Shown here: in pieces, positions 25,446 to 40,200 of the stretch
Numbering within the stretch: position 1 is the stretch's first letter
How the letters are laid out: every line of letters begins with the position of its first letter
Position numbers and translations under genes: made by a program
Notes under the pieces: model-generated
What the model saw: the letters and a program-made list of their open reading frames with translations, nothing else
Databases searched by the model: none
Told to the model about the DNA's origin: nothing
Assembly (NCBI RefSeq): GCF_910592395.1
Contig: NC_088308.1
Span: forward strand, 1,612,001-1,676,000
DNA: 64,000 nucleotides
Reading direction: 5' to 3'
Source of the DNA: Lineus longissimus
Lineage: Eukaryota

Positions 25446-28327
25446 AACTGATGCTGATCTAGATGAAGGAACGCGTGAGGTCTCTCTTAACAACAATATC
25501 ATACTGCTCCAAATGCTCCTTCTCAATATCGTCATCTTTTCAATTCATCGCTAATAGTTTCCCATGTAAAGGCCATTAATTCAGCCAGGTTCTTTTGGGA
25601 GATAAGTGTTGAGCTTTTGTGGCGGAGTCATTCAAAGGTGTCCGTGTTATGGATGATTTATAGCCTCAGCTATGTCAGCCTCCAGAGAACAGATTTGATA
25701 AAAGAAGATCGTGATAAATAGACCAAGTAATTGTCCCTTGATAAACCTTCCACATGCCCATGTCGGTTCACCTTCTGCTGGGGTAGAGAGCTAATCAGGG
25801 TTCCTAACCGCACTCTCACTCAACTAGAAGACAGGAGAAGAACTTGGAAATAGTGTCATCGAGTGCTTGAAACTTCACAGGGCGTGGCGACTTCTTAACG
25901 GGAGGATGTTTCATGGCTTGATTCAGATTCCCATGACTCGAATTCAGATTCTACCTGCCTTTACACAATTGGCCTTTATTTGCGAATTATAGTGCACAGC
26001 ACTCCGGCCAGTGATGAATGACAAACGGCTGGTACATCACGCATTACAGCCCAAACTGCAATAGAACGCGGACTAAACTTGTCCCCAATTTACTTTATTT
26101 TCACTTCTGTACCCCCAAATTGAGGAAGTCCCGTTATAGATTTAATTTCGGTAATCACTGGTGCTCTGAATGGACTTGGCTTTAAAGAGGGAACACTCTA
26201 CAGTTACCTTTCCAATCAACCGGCACTCCATTTTAAAGGGACAACTTGGGCGTGGGATTTAGGTGGCCAGGAGGAACATACTCCTACTCGCCGCCATGCG
26301 CCGCCACATGTATGCCACACTTCCAAGGTGCCATCCTTTTTGGTTTTCAATAACGAGACTGGCCAGTGTGCCTCGGGTAACTCAGCAGCAATCTCCCATC
26401 CGCCGGACTCATTCCAGGTTGTTTCCCCTTAGCACCCTTGGACAATGCTACACGGCCCGTTAGACATCATTTCCATAATCGAGACATAAATATCAAGAAC
26501 AAATTAGACATTTAGTTTGAAGTTAGCGACCTGCAAGCTCAGTATGGAAAACGCATGGTAGAGTTGCTTTTTATGGATTCTATGCACGTATACTCTCTCT
26601 GTTCGACATGAAATATCGTATTATCACTCATAACAGCCTTGGGGCTCATTACTCCGCAGAGCATTTCACGTCGCGTATCACCAAATCTTCAGAACGAAAA
26701 ACAAACGGACGATCAACGAAAACGTCCTGCTGAATGTATCTATTTTCATCCACCCCAACAAACAACCCACGCAAGATGAACCGATCACCCAAGTCAAATC
26801 TAATCAACCGATCCTCGACTTAAACCTCAGATGAAAATGATCAATGGCAAATTAAATCTTCGCCCGGCGTCTCGGGGATGTTCTGGGCCATAAGCACGAC
26901 CAACAGACGCGGCCGCGGCTCCAGTAGCCTCGGAAAACCAGGGGCACATGGCAGTGAAATCGGATAAAGCTGAACTCTGTGATTATTAATCTCTTTACTG
27001 GTATATTAAACGCATGTGATATTACCGCTTACCTAAGTTTCGATTGACTTCGGATTAATGGAGCAATTTTGATAACATTTATTGGGTTCAGCGAACGTTC
27101 GATTAGCGAATAGAGAGGTTAAGATCATCGAAACCTCCATTCATCATTCGCCCGGACAAACGTTTATGGACTCCTTCACTACAACACATCTTTTGGTTAG
27201 GCCAACACGATTGTGTGTGCATTGGCCTGATTCCACGAGTGAGCGCGATTTCCCGCTGCGGCTGCCGTGTTCCTATGACAATCAACTATTGCCATGGGAA
27301 TGGCGTTCGTCTGTGGTATATACAGCATGGACCGAACCGCAAGACCGAGGCATCCCTTTAATAACATGTGGTGTTCCAGTGTTCGATAACTGAAATCACA
27401 TCAACACATTTATCTTGAGAGGTAAATTGTAGATATTGAGTTCTCATGGTCACTTTTAGATTGCGTTGGTGGTGCATACAAACTCCATTTAAGACAGATA
27501 ACCGTACATTTATATGGTAGATAAACTTCGATACAATCATTTTATGTGAACTATCTGGGTGGATGTTCAATAAGTGTACATGTAAATCTATATCACCGAT
27601 GTGAAATTTTATAACAAACATCGTTGAAAATGGCAAAGAAACACGTACGAAACCATTTTATCTCTCCTTCATGAGGATGCTTTCGGCAAACCATGCACCG
27701 ATACCATCGACGGGACGGGGAACTAAGTCTTGCGGCCGATCGGTATGCTGGCAATTCCGACTGGTGCCACGATAAAAGGAGGCTGGCGGGTTCCCGAGAA
27801 TGCTGAACGCGCAACGCTTCATCAATTTTGGATATTCCGAGTTCAGAAATCCTGCGGATGCTTAGAATTTTGCGAAGTTCTTGGCATGGTTAGTGCGGAA
27901 GTGAAGTTCTTCCTCGAATTATTCCTCGCTTTTTGTCCAATACGGTTAAAAGCTGCATCATTCTTACAAAGTACGTTGGACCTGTCACTGGTTTCCCGTC
28001 TGATAGACCAGGTTATTTTGATATCAGAAACTTAACAAGGCATTTCTAAGTGGATTAACGACAAGCTTAAAAGAGTTTTAGTACCATTTAATTCACTCCC
28101 GGAGCCTCCGGACTCGTAAATGTTGGCTTTTACCAGAACAGAATGCCAGTGTCGGGAAGCTTTTACGCTGTGATCAAGACAGGGGCCTTTTGTCGGCCTG
28201 TTTCACCGCAATTAGCTCTTAATGAAACTACCGCACTTGTGTGACTTTCGGTTCCTTAACGAAAGGCTCGTGTTATAGGTTCATCGTTTCCTATTCATGA
28301 ATCTTCGCAATTAAGAATTGAATTTAC

Positions 28328-28480
28328 ACCCATTTACTCCCCTTGGTTGGAGAGAAGCAAGTTGGGTTAAGATGCCTCCTCATGGCCACGACACCAAGAT
28401 AGAACAACGCTGATCCGACCAAGAGTCGAACCTGCGACCTCCTAGGTTATAAGCTCGGTACTCTGACCACCATTCCACTG
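28328..28480 (-). mobile_element. tRNA-derived SINE-like element
   Basis: The minus strand reads GTGGAATGGTGGTCAGAGT (A-box-like), then GCAGGTTCGACTC (B-box), then CTTAACCC..CTTCTCTCCAACCAAGGGGAGTAAATGG, resembling a conserved SINE core. Confidence 0.55.
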
Positions 28481-28719
28481 TTATCTCAGGGATATATGAG
28501 GATATTGAATCGCCGAGTGTAGGGAGTCAGAGAAGCAACTGTCTTCCTGGTCTTCGCCTCGTTTCCCTAATGCACCATCCGTAACTTGGTAAACAGGTAG
28601 CTGATGCTTTTGCTGTTTACAAATATGTCTTCAAGGTATACTTTGCTAACTACTTCTAAACGGTAATAAAGGGGATGGAGAGAATGCTTTGGGGGCTGTA
28701 CTTTTGTTCATCAAATCAA

Positions 28720-28930
28720 GTGGTCTCTTTGAGGAAGTAAAGTCTGGACCAGTTTGGCGATGAATGGCACTTTCAGGAAACACATAGCTTGAGGTACTTC
28801 TTGGCAGTTATCAGCCACAGCAAGACAACTGGAGGGATTCCAGAAGTTGGTAGGACTTCCGGTCAGACACACTGTCCAACCCCATGTGCTACATCCTGCA
28901 TCAGCAGGCTGACATAGAGAATATCTTCTT
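28720..28930 (-). mobile_element. Possible DNA-transposon-associated gene relic
   Basis: Translation WGWTVCLTGSPTNFWNPSSCLAVADNCQEV resembles the WGW...W...C.EL..C.C C-terminal pattern I recall from repetitive invertebrate hypothetical proteins. It is degraded. Confidence 0.3.
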
Positions 28931-31238
28931 ATCATTATACAGTCAATCCTGTTCATTTGATGTCCTCAGTAGTCCTCTGCACTTCCGCCCTGTCACCGTA
29001 GAGTTAGTCCTGCAAGATGACACCATTTAGCCAGATTACTTATCTGAGGGCTTCGTGCAGTATGCCGTCCTATCCTACATGGCTGGTCGCCATTGGTCCA
29101 TTTTGCAAGATCATTGGTCGACGTCTCCAATTTGGTACTTGTGGAATAGGTGGGACAACATCATGTTGTGCCATCTTCAGGGTATATGGAGATGAATACC
29201 ATTGCATGATTGACATTGCTACATGATTTTGCCAATAAGAAACAAAGTCATATGATATTTTTATAACTTTATTGGAATTTGAGATGGGTGAACTTCAACA
29301 ATCGTGGTGCCTTGGACAAAACTGTTATTGCTTACAAACAACAAACATGACCACACTTTCATTCCTGTCGTAAATCTACTGCCCGTGGTTATCAACGCGT
29401 GCAGTTTGTGCTCTCACAATCAGATTCTCACCCTTGAAACACTGAATACTAAGTATTCTACATTATTTACAATAGCAACTATCTTATTGGCCAGGTATGC
29501 TGTCATCTTAAGCCTACGCTAAAGCAAACTCTTTTGGAGAAGGATAAAGCACCGTGCAAATGAGCAATTTTGAAAGCAAACTGGGAGGCAGACATTACAA
29601 CATTGACGATTGTGGTTGGAATGTGGCCACCCATTGGTTAAACAAATTGCATTCGATCACTGGTCACATTGCCTGGCTACGTTGCAGGTCGCATTGATTA
29701 AAATCACTCACTTGCACATTGCTTAATAAAGGCACTTTGAGACATTACAGGAAAGATACCGATACAAGCGATTTTAAGGCCTAAATGACTTGAAAATCTG
29801 TTTCATTAGCATAACATCACGTCCTCATGGGACAGCTAGCAAAAGTTCTTGATATAACACAATATCTTACACTTGCATTTGGTGTCTCTTTCAATCATTC
29901 TACCTTGATCAAATCCTAAATGTTTTCACAAGAAAAATTCAGCGACACGACATATCACAGACTAAAGGGCACTGTACACAGACCTAGAAATACATTTTAG
30001 TAAAGGTTTACAAAGTATAATACATAGTACATAGCTAGAGTTATCACAGAATGCCATCAGATGGATAAAGACTATCAAAAATATGAAAATACAGTCTAAT
30101 AGTAACAAGTGAAGGGCACAGCACTGAGTGCAGCACAAGACCAGTATTTACATGTTTGCCTCCCGAATCATGAACAGGTTTACGGTATACTTCGCCTGTT
30201 ATGTTTGCAGTCTAGATTAAATATCATCAAAGTTGTAATTCTACTGCGTCAACACTCCCACTGCACTTCAATAGGCCATTAATCAAGAGTCAGATGAAAG
30301 TTATAAATGAAGGTGTAGAATCTTTGTATTCAAACAGAAAAGTGACTTGCTCTAGTATTACACCTCATTATGCCCCCTGCATCTCCTTAAAGACCAGATT
30401 TGCTCAATCAAAAATCCTTGCATGGCCTTTAACTGGTCCTCTTCCTTTAATATCTGAGTCAAGCTCCTTGACACAAAACAGGTAATAATAGTCTTTTCAA
30501 AAGAGAAGACACACATTGTCTGCCTTTACCTAAATCATCTCGTTACCTCTCAATTCTTCAACTTAGAAAAGTAAAAAAACTTATTGAGGATGTCTGGTTG
30601 AATGAAGTGAACACTTTTGAATGTCATGAGGTTAAACACCTCAAAACAGATCATTTCTATCAGGAAATGGCCTGAAGGTGGTTGAGAGCGCTATCACTGA
30701 AAAGCCATTCACTTCACAAGAATAACAGCAACTGATTTTAGAGGAGAAACACACCAACAACTGATGAGAAAAGATCGACGAAACTGTTTCCTTCCTTTCA
30801 TGTAAAAAAGCATTTATTTGCAACAGATTTTGCCTTCATCTTATTCCAGCATGAATACTTGATAAGGAAATTGATATCGATAGTGATAATGTTCAGCATT
30901 TACATAAAGCAAATGTACAATGTGTCACCACTGCTAACCCGCATTATCATTTGAGATCATATTGAATGTTTCACTATTAGGTCACAAACATGCTTTTTAT
31001 AGTTTTACTCCTTGAATCAAACATTTTAGGGCTGACTCTACTTTTTGACTCTACAAGGGGGAGCCAACCCTTGATTACATGTCAATGTAAGCTCTCAAAG
31101 TGAGTGGTACAGAGGTTCATCTTCAAGAAGAAACAGAAAAACGCTAAATCTCCTGACACTTCCTTGAAAAGTTACTTGAAAGGTACTTGCTGGGACAATG
31201 ATATCATCGTCCCTCGTCTGTCTCCAGTTACCGTCACT

Positions 31239-34200
31239 CTAAACCATCACCATTTCCGTCTTGGTTCCTATCCGCATGAGTCTTTCATGTTCCCGCTCAT
31301 GCTCCGTGCAGTGATGCTTCTCCTCTTGCATGAGCGCCCGGTGCTTCTGGAGCGTAAAGTAATTCTCTTCACGCTGGGCATGGACCTGAAAGAAACAAGT
31401 TAGAAAGTTACACGATCTTATTGTTTCCGAGAAGCGGAAAGTGCCGAATGCTCGACTGGTCAGGAAGAGAGATAAGAGGAAGAAGGCTGATATCGTAAAC
31501 GATCACATTACAGCATCCCTTGGTGTTTGATTGGTCAAGAGCTGTCCAACCTAGGTATCGATTTCCTAACACTGCGCTACTAGACTGAAACTGGAGACGA
31601 TTAGAGACTGTTATTGTCAATTCGGGCAAGTAAAGTGCAAAGTTGTCAATGGTGTCAACAGGTTGCAGTTTGGGGTTGAGCAACATTGATCATGTGGTCT
31701 GCAATGGAAAAAATATGAGACAAGTTTTTTTGTAATGTGGAGGTAATTCAGGGCATTTCGACCTCGCTGGAGAGAAAGATCGTGAACAAATCTCCAACAG
31801 CAACAATTGGCATCTGATGGTTTGAAAACCACAAAATAGAAATTCATGACAAGCATGGCAGCGGTCCTTCTCCCGATGGTTAGATTTGATATTTTGTTGA
31901 AATGTCTACTCACTGAAGTGACAGGGCCACCAGGGGTAGCTAATAGTAGTTCCATGTTATTTCTATCCAACATTCTTGCACACTCTTATCTCTGAAATCT
32001 ACTGTCCCTCCTAGAGTGGTCCTTTCAAGTGTCAATCAACCTTATCGGGTATATCTAATCAAGACTTCCATCTCCCTGCCAAAGTTTCATGTTCAATTCA
32101 CCACCCGACCAGACACTTAACCAGTAATTTGTCCACACAATCACCTCTTACAAATTGTCACTTATCAACGGTAGGAAAACAGATGAACACCTAAGCTGAC
32201 AAACAACAAGTAACTCGTTTTACTTTTCTTTTGATAATTCACAACTGGTATGTTACCTGCTCTTGGAGGCCAACCCAAGTTTAAACCCACTTCGAGACTT
32301 ATATATCACTAAAACACCTGGGTTACAATGCAGCATTGTTTTCAATGTAAAATCCATTAGGCCTTGATTTGGCCAGGGTGGATTTGGGTCACACTCGATC
32401 AGGTATAAACCACTTGGGTTGGTCCAAAGGTAAAATTTATTATAAACTGCAAAGACATACCTTATAGCCGATGACACAAATTTCTCTATGAAGGTTGATA
32501 ATTTTGTTTTGAACATATTGTAAGTATTACCACTTCCCCTTTTTGAAAAGACAGGTGTTTTGCCCAAGGCAAATGTTTGTCAACTTCAAGTACAAAGACT
32601 CCTTAGAGTTACACTAAACAGATCGGTTAATATTATTCTTTTCAAAACGATTCACCTCTCCACGACAATCAACCACAATTTGATGGTAAAATAGGCCTAA
32701 CGATCTAATGATAGGTTAGGACATCAACCATGCAAAACCAACTGCCAAGCGAAGTGTGTTTCACAATGAGGCAGTGTTTTGAACATAATCTACTAAGTAA
32801 TCTTCTGTTAAAGCTTCCATGTACTATCCTGGTCAGAAATGACATCTACAAGGAACACATCTCATCAAAGCATGTCATCTTGAATTCTATCATCTGAGAG
32901 ATCATATTTCCCACTACTCTCCAACAGTGGAGAGGTACTCTCCACCAGGTTGCTGTCTTCAGTTACACCAGTCTTGAACTTCAAACTACGTTTACAGCTC
33001 AAATTAAACCTCCGAACTAAAGGAGCAATCCAGGACTGGCTACACATTTCTTCACATAAACTTAATAAAGCATACCAAACTGTTTTTAGATTTAAGACAA
33101 AAAACAAATCCATAGGAGATCGATGGGAGATGAAATCCAAGATGATGTGTTCTTCACAAGTCTCCGGGTCACCTTACAACATGTCGGCTTCATACTGGCT
33201 TAACGGCTTAAATTTCACCTCCAAACCTCAAAATATAACACAAGAAACATCAGCCCTCAGAGTATCAATTCACGCCAAAATACCCTTCGATTGTTATACA
33301 CTATTTACAGTGAAATCCAGTCTCTGGAAAGCCCAATTTTACTCAATGACTTAGCAGGGTAAGACAGACAGGGTTCAGATTGACGGGAAACTTGCTCCAA
33401 CTTGGTAAACAAGAAAGGCGCCAATCATCTTTATAAAGAATCAGCAGTGTTTGATTTCTGTCGCCGGAATCTGACCGTTGGATGACATCATGTTCTGTAA
33501 TATTACCTTATCAATTGACTGCTGAGGATGGGTCCTTGTGATCAGGGAGGGGGGCAGGCTGCATGTGAGAGCTCAACAGAAATCAAGGACCAAGATTGAC
33601 CAGCCGAAAAATAGATGGATGGATGACCAAGTATGACAGAGGTGACATGTCAAAGACAAGATTTTTAACGAAAATACTTTACAGAACTTGTCATTTTATC
33701 AAATCAAACACAAAAGTTTTCCACAGTCGTAACAATGAGGTGCTTGTGCCATGTTTTGCATCATGTCACACAATTACATTTCAAGTGGGACTATTTACCT
33801 TTTTGGCACTTGGCTATCCAACAGGCACTTTTAACAAATTACCCACTCCCTTACATTGGTGGAGTCCACCAACTTAGTCATTGATCACCGGAGAAGAAAA
33901 TTGTAGCGCTTGAACGATTCAAGCAGCAGGCAAGTATAGTATGATCCATTTAGTGATATTCAAGGCCCATATGTTTGCTTTGTCCCTACCCCTTGGGGTA
34001 AATGATGCTATTTCCATATGACAGTCGCTTGTGAAAATCACCTCTTGACTTCAAGGAAGAATGTGATGTATTTCATCTGTGTACCCTCGAACAATCCTGG
34101 CCTGATTTGTCTAATAACCATAAGGAACCAGCTGCGTTTAATTTAGGAACGTTTTGCAAACTTTTGTCATCATCCGTAGGGGTCTTTTCAAGCCCCCTTC

Positions 34201-37200
34201 GCTTAGAAAGAAGAAATAGGAAAATTAATATTCAGGATGTCTTAAGTGTACTTGAGAACCCCTTTCCCCCAGGGGTGGATTGTTTGATAAAGTGGAGCTA
34301 TTTTACAGCACCTTTGGTGTCCCGGCACCCGCCGGCCTCTTTGCTCTTTGCTGTTGGCCATAAGCAAAGGGGGAAAGTTCACCAGAGATGCTATCTTGTC
34401 TGCATGCTTGTTTGGAAATATGTCGTGTTGTGATGAGATCACTGATAAGAACACTGACAATGCTAAAATGTCATCAAATATCGTAAAATCATACTTGTAC
34501 GTCTCAATTTGGTTTGATAGACTGAGTGTCTTATGAAGACCTGACGAGATACCCAAGTATTATTTGAGCCACTTAGTCGTGTGACTTTTAGCCTTGGGCA
34601 TTGGACCCCACGCAGGAACACTAACCTAAGGGTGGTCTGTCAGCACTACAGTCAGAAGGAGAACCTGAGGGTCATGGGTTCAAATAATGAGGACTAAGCC
34701 TGCCAATATCAACTCGATCCCTTAAAGGGAGACTACAGGCAGGAGCAAGATTGGGTTACACAATGTGGCCAAGAGGTGGCTCTGTACTATATCAGACTAT
34801 GACTATGTCTATCCCAAGAACCCAGCTATTTTAGGTCGAATCTGGTATTCTGAAAAAAGACCATTCCCCTCACTATAATGGGTCCTGTGTTTTCAAGCAC
34901 TTCTTGGTGGCTTCTGACAGTCCAAGGTGACAGGCAAACATGTAATTTGAAAGGTGATCCTTAAATTTGAGTATTTGATAAACAAACCCAGTACATATTG
35001 ACTGTATAAACAGTAACCCAAACTGGATATGACATGTTCGTATGAATGGTGAGATATTAGGTCTGTGAACAGTCAGACAAGGATTCTTGATGGGCTGATG
35101 GTAGCCTGACGAAGCTACACCAGACATGGGCCTGTGTTAGTCTCTATACTCACGGGGCACAGCCCACCACAAGGACGACTATAACAACAGTTCTTGTTCC
35201 TACACATAATTTACAGCTCTTTGTGATAATGAGTTGTTACATCCAAAACTGCGTGAAATCTCACTGAATCTTATAACTCATTCCTCATTTCACCTAGTTT
35301 GATGAGCGAATTGGAAGATCATCATTAAAACTAAGTGCAAAAAACACAGGTCAATCTACAGGTTACCGGTTGATCATGGATAAGGCATTTTGTGTAGTGT
35401 AATCAGTGGGTGTGAAGGGTGAAAGAGCTTGACCCAGGCTACCATCCATTGAAGTTCCTGCCTGAATGACAAAATAGGCAAGCAAAAGAGTCACTCCCAC
35501 ATACAATCTACAATTTTTAAATGTCTGCTTGGGATGAGTGTGTATTTATTTTGAATATTAACTTGCACTTATCCGTGTGATTTTGAATTGAAGCAACTTC
35601 TTTCTGATTTTGACTAGTTTACTATATGCATATGTGACTGAGTGCACAGCAAACAGTTTTTTGTTTACCTTGAACAAAAACCACCCCAAACCTGTCGAAT
35701 CAACCCCAGTCAAGTGTTTTCCTGAGAGGAGGTCATGTTTAAAGGAGCAGGTAGAGAATTGAAGGCATTGTCACCAACTTTTGGTTGCCTTGTCATCTTC
35801 CACCCTAAAGTTTTAGTTTTCATCACCTAACTCCACATAAAACTGAAAACTGAAATAACCAGCGGCCTTTCAAACGACCCCCCCCCCCCCCCCGCGCCAC
35901 CACACAACAACCAACAGAGCTCTGTGTTGAAAATTGTGTCCTTCCTCGCCAAGTTTTACAGACAGAGACCACAAGAATGTGTCGGCCAACATGAAACAGC
36001 TTTTCCTTTTCCCATAGCGACATTATTTCAATTGTCAAAACGGCCTAAACTTTAAATTTGACTTGACTTCTTGCAAGTGTTTTGTCACATGAGGAAAATA
36101 AAGGCAATGACACAGCCACCAGCACACAATCAGGTTGTGACATATACCACTGAACCTGTCACTTTGATTAGCAAAAGACTTGATGGCCAGATGGGGGTTT
36201 AGAATTATCTGACTCCTTGGACTAAGGCAAGGTATAATTATGAAGGTTGGAAGAATGCCTTGATCAAAAGTTACAAACTTGTGACCATATCTTCACCTTT
36301 GGTGGTTTTTGGAATAAAGCTAACAGAAGGGCTGGGAGAATGTCTTGGGTATCAAAGGAATATTGAATAACATTTTGGTAGAGATGACAGCAATGACACT
36401 AGAGATCTAACAGCGTGTGTAAGGTCGGTTTTGATGAATGCATAATCCAGAAACAGGTATACGATAGTCTTGGTCTAACCTTTGAAGTTACACTGATCTT
36501 TGACAGAAATATCAACGATCACAGTCAGTGAATTGACTTCAAATCCAACCATCCAACTACGACCAGATATTTGCTTCACGGAATGTATATACCTACAAAT
36601 AAACACATCCCTGAGGTTTAACGTTATAATGGAACTGCCTTGGTCATTACTTTTTTTCACATCATGATATATACTATTGCCTAAAGCAACAGAAAAGATG
36701 GAGAAGAAGAAAGAAATGATCAAAAAAAGTCCTCAACTTCTTGGTTTTGCCAACGGTTTGTGCTGAAACCAAAGGTCGTAAGACAAATTAATCTACCAAG
36801 GGAAACTCCCGTTACAGATTGGCAGGGTCGAAACCAAGTCCTGGTGTCATGTGACTTATCAATAGAATGTGAAGATCAAGCGGAGAAGGGACAATAAGCC
36901 GAAAGCTAGGCACCAGTCCATTAGGCACCACTAATTGTTATTTCATAGTGGTGTTGTTTTTCATCTCATTAACTTGCAGACGATCGTTATCAACCCTTTG
37001 TGGTGTAATGTCCATCTTCGAGTTAAACTGGTTCAGGCTCACTGCGATGTTCAGGTTGCAGTGACCATCAATCCTTGTTGTCAGCACCTGTAATGACCAC
37101 CGCAAATAGGAAGCTCACGTCTCATACGTGATAATCATCACTGGTCGCTGCGACAAGATTTCTCGTTTGTTTTGTTCGTGATCCTACAAACAGCTGAAGA

Positions 37201-40200
37201 AATCAACCTACAAAGTGAGCTTGCAATTGTGCTTTGTTAGTCAAATCACATGAAAGGCTTGCTCTTCACACCGCTCAATCCCAAGGCTTGCTCTTCACAC
37301 CGCTCAATACCAAGGCTTGCTCTTCACACCGCTCAATACCAAGGCTTGCTCTTCACACCGCTCAATACCAGGTAGCATCAAACTTTTTACCCTGTGCTGA
37401 TATTTGAAGCAAACCATGACGGCAACCAAGGCAGGTAAGGGGTGGAGAGTTCAACAATCATCGAGAAATAACAATGGCAGTACAGACTTGCCTGTGGGCA
37501 CGACTCTCACTTTTAGAGCGCAGCTTTCGTGTTTGGATGCATCTCTGCTGAACCAGAAAAGAATGGTGTCATCAATATAACAGTGGCTGGAAATACCACA
37601 GGATGTGCTCACATAACGGTGGCAGATAGTGGTGGCATTTTCAGCAAAATAGAACGGGAAATTGGGCTGCCCTTGGGCATAAGTTAACCACCTCAAGACT
37701 GAAGTCACTCTTTTAAGTTTCCCTAAACTCGACTCAACTATGTGGATTATGCTCTTCCTTCCACATTGACAGAAAAAAAAGTTTTGTCTTCAATGTGAAA
37801 TAATCCCAGACTTATAATTTCCCATCTTTCTGCTGAAAATTACTCATTATCAAAAGCCACTTTCAACGCATAATTAGCTCTCCCAAGTAGGCGAGCAGTG
37901 TATTTGCCGCCAATGTGTACAGAACACACCCTTGGTCCAGCCCATTAACTGAAGTTCATTATTTTATTGGGAATAGTGAGTGACAGTGGAGACAGCAAGT
38001 CTGTCCAGTGAGTACAATGGATTAACAAGATTTCATTGAGAGACTCTGCCAGGACAAAGAGGAGACTACTGACGATGGTTTAAATCCATATGTGCAGGGG
38101 AACCCAATCGATGTCTCCAGGGCTCGACATGACATCAAGTGAAAACAGTCTTTTCATAAACACAGGGGAAAGTTTTATTTTGAATGTGTGCTGAATGCAT
38201 GATTCACAAATGAAGCAAAGCCTGTCTTGAAGAGATTTAGTAGGATTCAACACCGGGTGTGATCTACTCTTGGTCATTAACCAAGTTCTCACCTTCCTAG
38301 GCTTTTACTTAGAAAACAGGCAAGAGCTAGGAGGTCCAATTGGTCTCAAGGTGACTGACATAACCAGTTTAATAGGGAGCCTGGTTTGGTAGCGTCAACA
38401 CCGATAGAAAACATGTACTATGAGACTGCAGAAACACCATCAATGACAGTGTAGCTCAATCTGGCCCATCTGGCGCCAGCCTAGGACCTGAGCTGTGGCA
38501 ATCAGGTGTACAAGCGACACTGGATACACTTCCCCCTTTCATTCCCAGAGATAACTCGAAATACTGCTAGCCAAGAAGATCAAACTTAGTGATGCATGGT
38601 TGTTCCATTGTGTAGGAATATCATAGTTCTCATGTGATAAGGCTTTGTGCTGATATTTCATACAAAGTGGCACAAAGTGTTGGTAAACAGACTAAGTTTA
38701 GTGATATCCTATAAGTGTGGCAGAATCAGAAGGGCTCAGAATAGATTCAATTCTGGGAATTGCACAAAATCCCTACCTACAGGACTATTTTCCGCATCGC
38801 TCAACAAGAAAACAAGATTTTGCAAATACTGGTGACAATTTTCAATCACAGTACATGTCACATTCAAGCACAAATGAATAATTGAAGGAAGAGTATAAGA
38901 CATCATAGTTTGTACATTTCATTCAGCAACACAACAAATTTCTGTCAACAAATACTGCCAATGTTACCCAAACAAAGGAACAAAAAGAGTCAACAATGTT
39001 TTGTTAATCAATAGCAAACAAATTCTCATAAAAGTGAATTATTTTGGGAACTTGACTTCATGAAAAATGCATGATAGACATGTTCTTCAGAAGGGTATCT
39101 ATTCAGGCCCGTTTCTACCCTCGAGCTATGATGATAATGATGCCACTGACAGGAATGTACATGGCATCTTGTATTCTTCGCGTGTAGAGCAATTTATCCT
39201 TGAATAGCCAAGATGCCTCAAGTTTTAGGTTTTCTTAAAAAATGTTGTCAAAGCAAGCTAAAAAAATTGTTCTTAAGTTGCTCCATCTATACAAAAGATA
39301 TGCCACAGCTTAGCAGATAAGACCTCAAGTTTACGCTTTGCATAGGGGAGAGCCATCTCTTGTTTGGTTCGAGAATTAGAATACATCTGGTAGGAAGTCA
39401 AGTGTTCGATTTGTAACAAATAATTGCCCTACCTTATCTAATTCAGCTTGTTCCCTAATGAGCTGTTGTTCCATCTCTCTCTCCGCGTTCTGACAATTAA
39501 CTGTCTCCTCCTTTAACTTGACAGCATTCTTTCTCTTGATTTCACCGAGTTTATTCTGCATACGTCTGACAGATTGTTCTTGTTTCTGTCTGGCATATTC
39601 AGCATTGCGAACTTTGCCGTAAAGGTCTTGCTCAATCTCCTCAGATTTCCTGACCTTTTTCTGAAAAGTTTTCAAGTTGAGTTGTTAGAAATCCACACAA
39701 GGATGAAATGATGTAAAAGTTAAAGCCGGCCCATCCTGAAACCTTTCAGTAGAACTCCGATGAGCTGCTCAATCATGGCTGCAACAGGAGTATTTCTGAC
39801 TGGTACCCATTTATACATCGGAGTGTAGTAAGGAAAGTTAGAACAAAAAGACCTCCTTGAGTCTGTGGGGTTCAAACCAGGAACCTCTTGACCGCTGCAT
39901 GTAGCTGAGAGTTTGAGCCACCAGTCCGCAGCGAGTCCATGTTACCTAATGTAAGGCACTCAATGAAATACAGCAGATGAAATAGGGCAATTAGTAGTGA
40001 GGGCTAATATAGCCAGGACATTTTCATGAGCTTTAGATTTTCTTGATCTGTTGGAGAGGAGACGCACCTGGAAATGTTTGAGATGATCCTCGTGTTCTCT
40101 TCGCTTCTGCTCATTGTATCGTTTGATATGTTTCTGCGAGAGCAATGATTCCTGGGCCTCTTCCCGCTCTTTCTTCTCCCTCAACGCCTGGCTCATCATT

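Noticed and set aside
32865..33140. Minus-strand ORF as an extra terminal exon of the coiled-coil gene
   Set aside because: The plausible acceptor gives phase 1, incompatible with the phase-0 donor at 39433.
37254..37369. 29-bp repeats as a possible CRISPR array
   Set aside because: The units are contiguous with no spacers, the context is a eukaryotic intron, and there are no cas genes.
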